Shown here piece after piece: positions 63,075 to 64,000 of a stretch of DNA of 64,000 nucleotides. Position 1 is the stretch's first letter, and the number at the start of each line of letters is the position of its first letter. Below the pieces are notes generated by a model. That model was not told the origin of the DNA. It ran no database searches and saw nothing but the letters and a program-made list of their open reading frames with translations. Made by a program: the position numbers and the translations under genes. The stretch is from Octopus sinensis (Eukaryota), in contig NC_043016.1 in the NCBI RefSeq assembly GCF_006345805.1, forward strand, positions 15,004,001 to 15,068,000. The letters are read 5' to 3'.

Positions 63075-63681
63075 GTATTGTTAAGCATTATGAATAACTT
63101 TTATATCTGGTTCTGACTGAAATATTTGGTTTGTGTTAGAATAGTTGTGATGTTTCGGAGTCATTGTGTGTCTCTTTGAACTGATAAAAAGAACATAGAC
63201 TTCAAAAATCTATAAAATAGCTTTATGTAGGAACATCACGAAATAAGCTATGTTATTTCAAGTTTTCGCATTGGAAAGCACTGTGCAATAAATATTCGGG
63301 TGTGGCTATGTGGTAACAGGTTTGCTTCCCAACCACATGGTTCTAGGTTCAGTCTCAAAGCATGGGATTGATCATAAGCAAGTATCTTCAATAATAGCCC
63401 CAGGCTGACTGAAGTGGATTTCGTAGAGTGACCCTAATCTTGTGGGCTCTTGGGTGTTGGTGCCATGTAAAAAGCACCTGTACCAGTGTTATGTAAACGC
63501 ATCCATGATGGTGCTGTGTAAAAACACCCAGTACCCTCTGTAAAGTGTTTGGCGTTAGGAAGGGCATCCAGCTGTAGAGACTATGCCAAAATAAACATGG
63601 AGCTTAGGCAGCTCTTCATCTGACCAGCACCTATCAAACTATCCAACCCATGCCGGCATGAAAAATGGACATTAAATAAGA

Positions 63682-63726
<45 letters not shown>

Positions 63727-63940
63727 CATGTGTGTGTGTGTTTGTCCCCCCATCACCACTTGACAACTGGTGTTGGTTTGTTTATGTCTTGATAACTTAG
63801 AAGTAGCAAACTTTAAAAAATAAGTGCCAGGGTTGAGCCATTTGATTTAACCCTTCAAGGTAGTGCTCCAGAATGGCTGCAATCCAATGAATAAAACAAG
63901 TAAAAAATAAAAGCTAATAAGCAGCCATAGCCACTAACTA

Positions 63941-63978
<38 letters not shown>

Positions 63979-64000
63979 GATGATGATGACGATGACGATG

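Overview
AT-rich, repeat-dense animal genomic DNA. The repeat families and the molluscan-type PEP mutase suggest an octopus or related cephalopod; this is inference, not a database match. Two spliced + strand genes can be rebuilt from GT/AG boundaries with consistent intron phases. (1) CDIPT/phosphatidylinositol synthase: five coding exons between 1352 and 10702; the first exon is probably upstream of the window. (2) Phosphoenolpyruvate (PEP) mutase, the C-P bond-forming first enzyme of phosphonate biosynthesis: five exons between 24383 and 63074 (178 codons), running off the right edge. Its two tiny, distant 5' exons encode what looks like a mitochondrial presequence. The rest is mostly mobile DNA: RTE LINEs and their (GAT)n-tailed 3' UTRs, R4/Dong-like LINEs next to (AAT)n tracts, several tRNA-headed SINE families, mariner, Tigger/pogo, a Helitron-like element and Penelope-like inverted termini. 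The most interesting non-coding signals are hammerhead-ribozyme motifs in the PEP mutase introns, one complete and in sense orientation at about 41020-41106, plus several long fold-back structures in the same pre-mRNA. No CRISPR array, rRNA or true tRNA gene is supported. Repeat boundaries are approximate and were read by eye.
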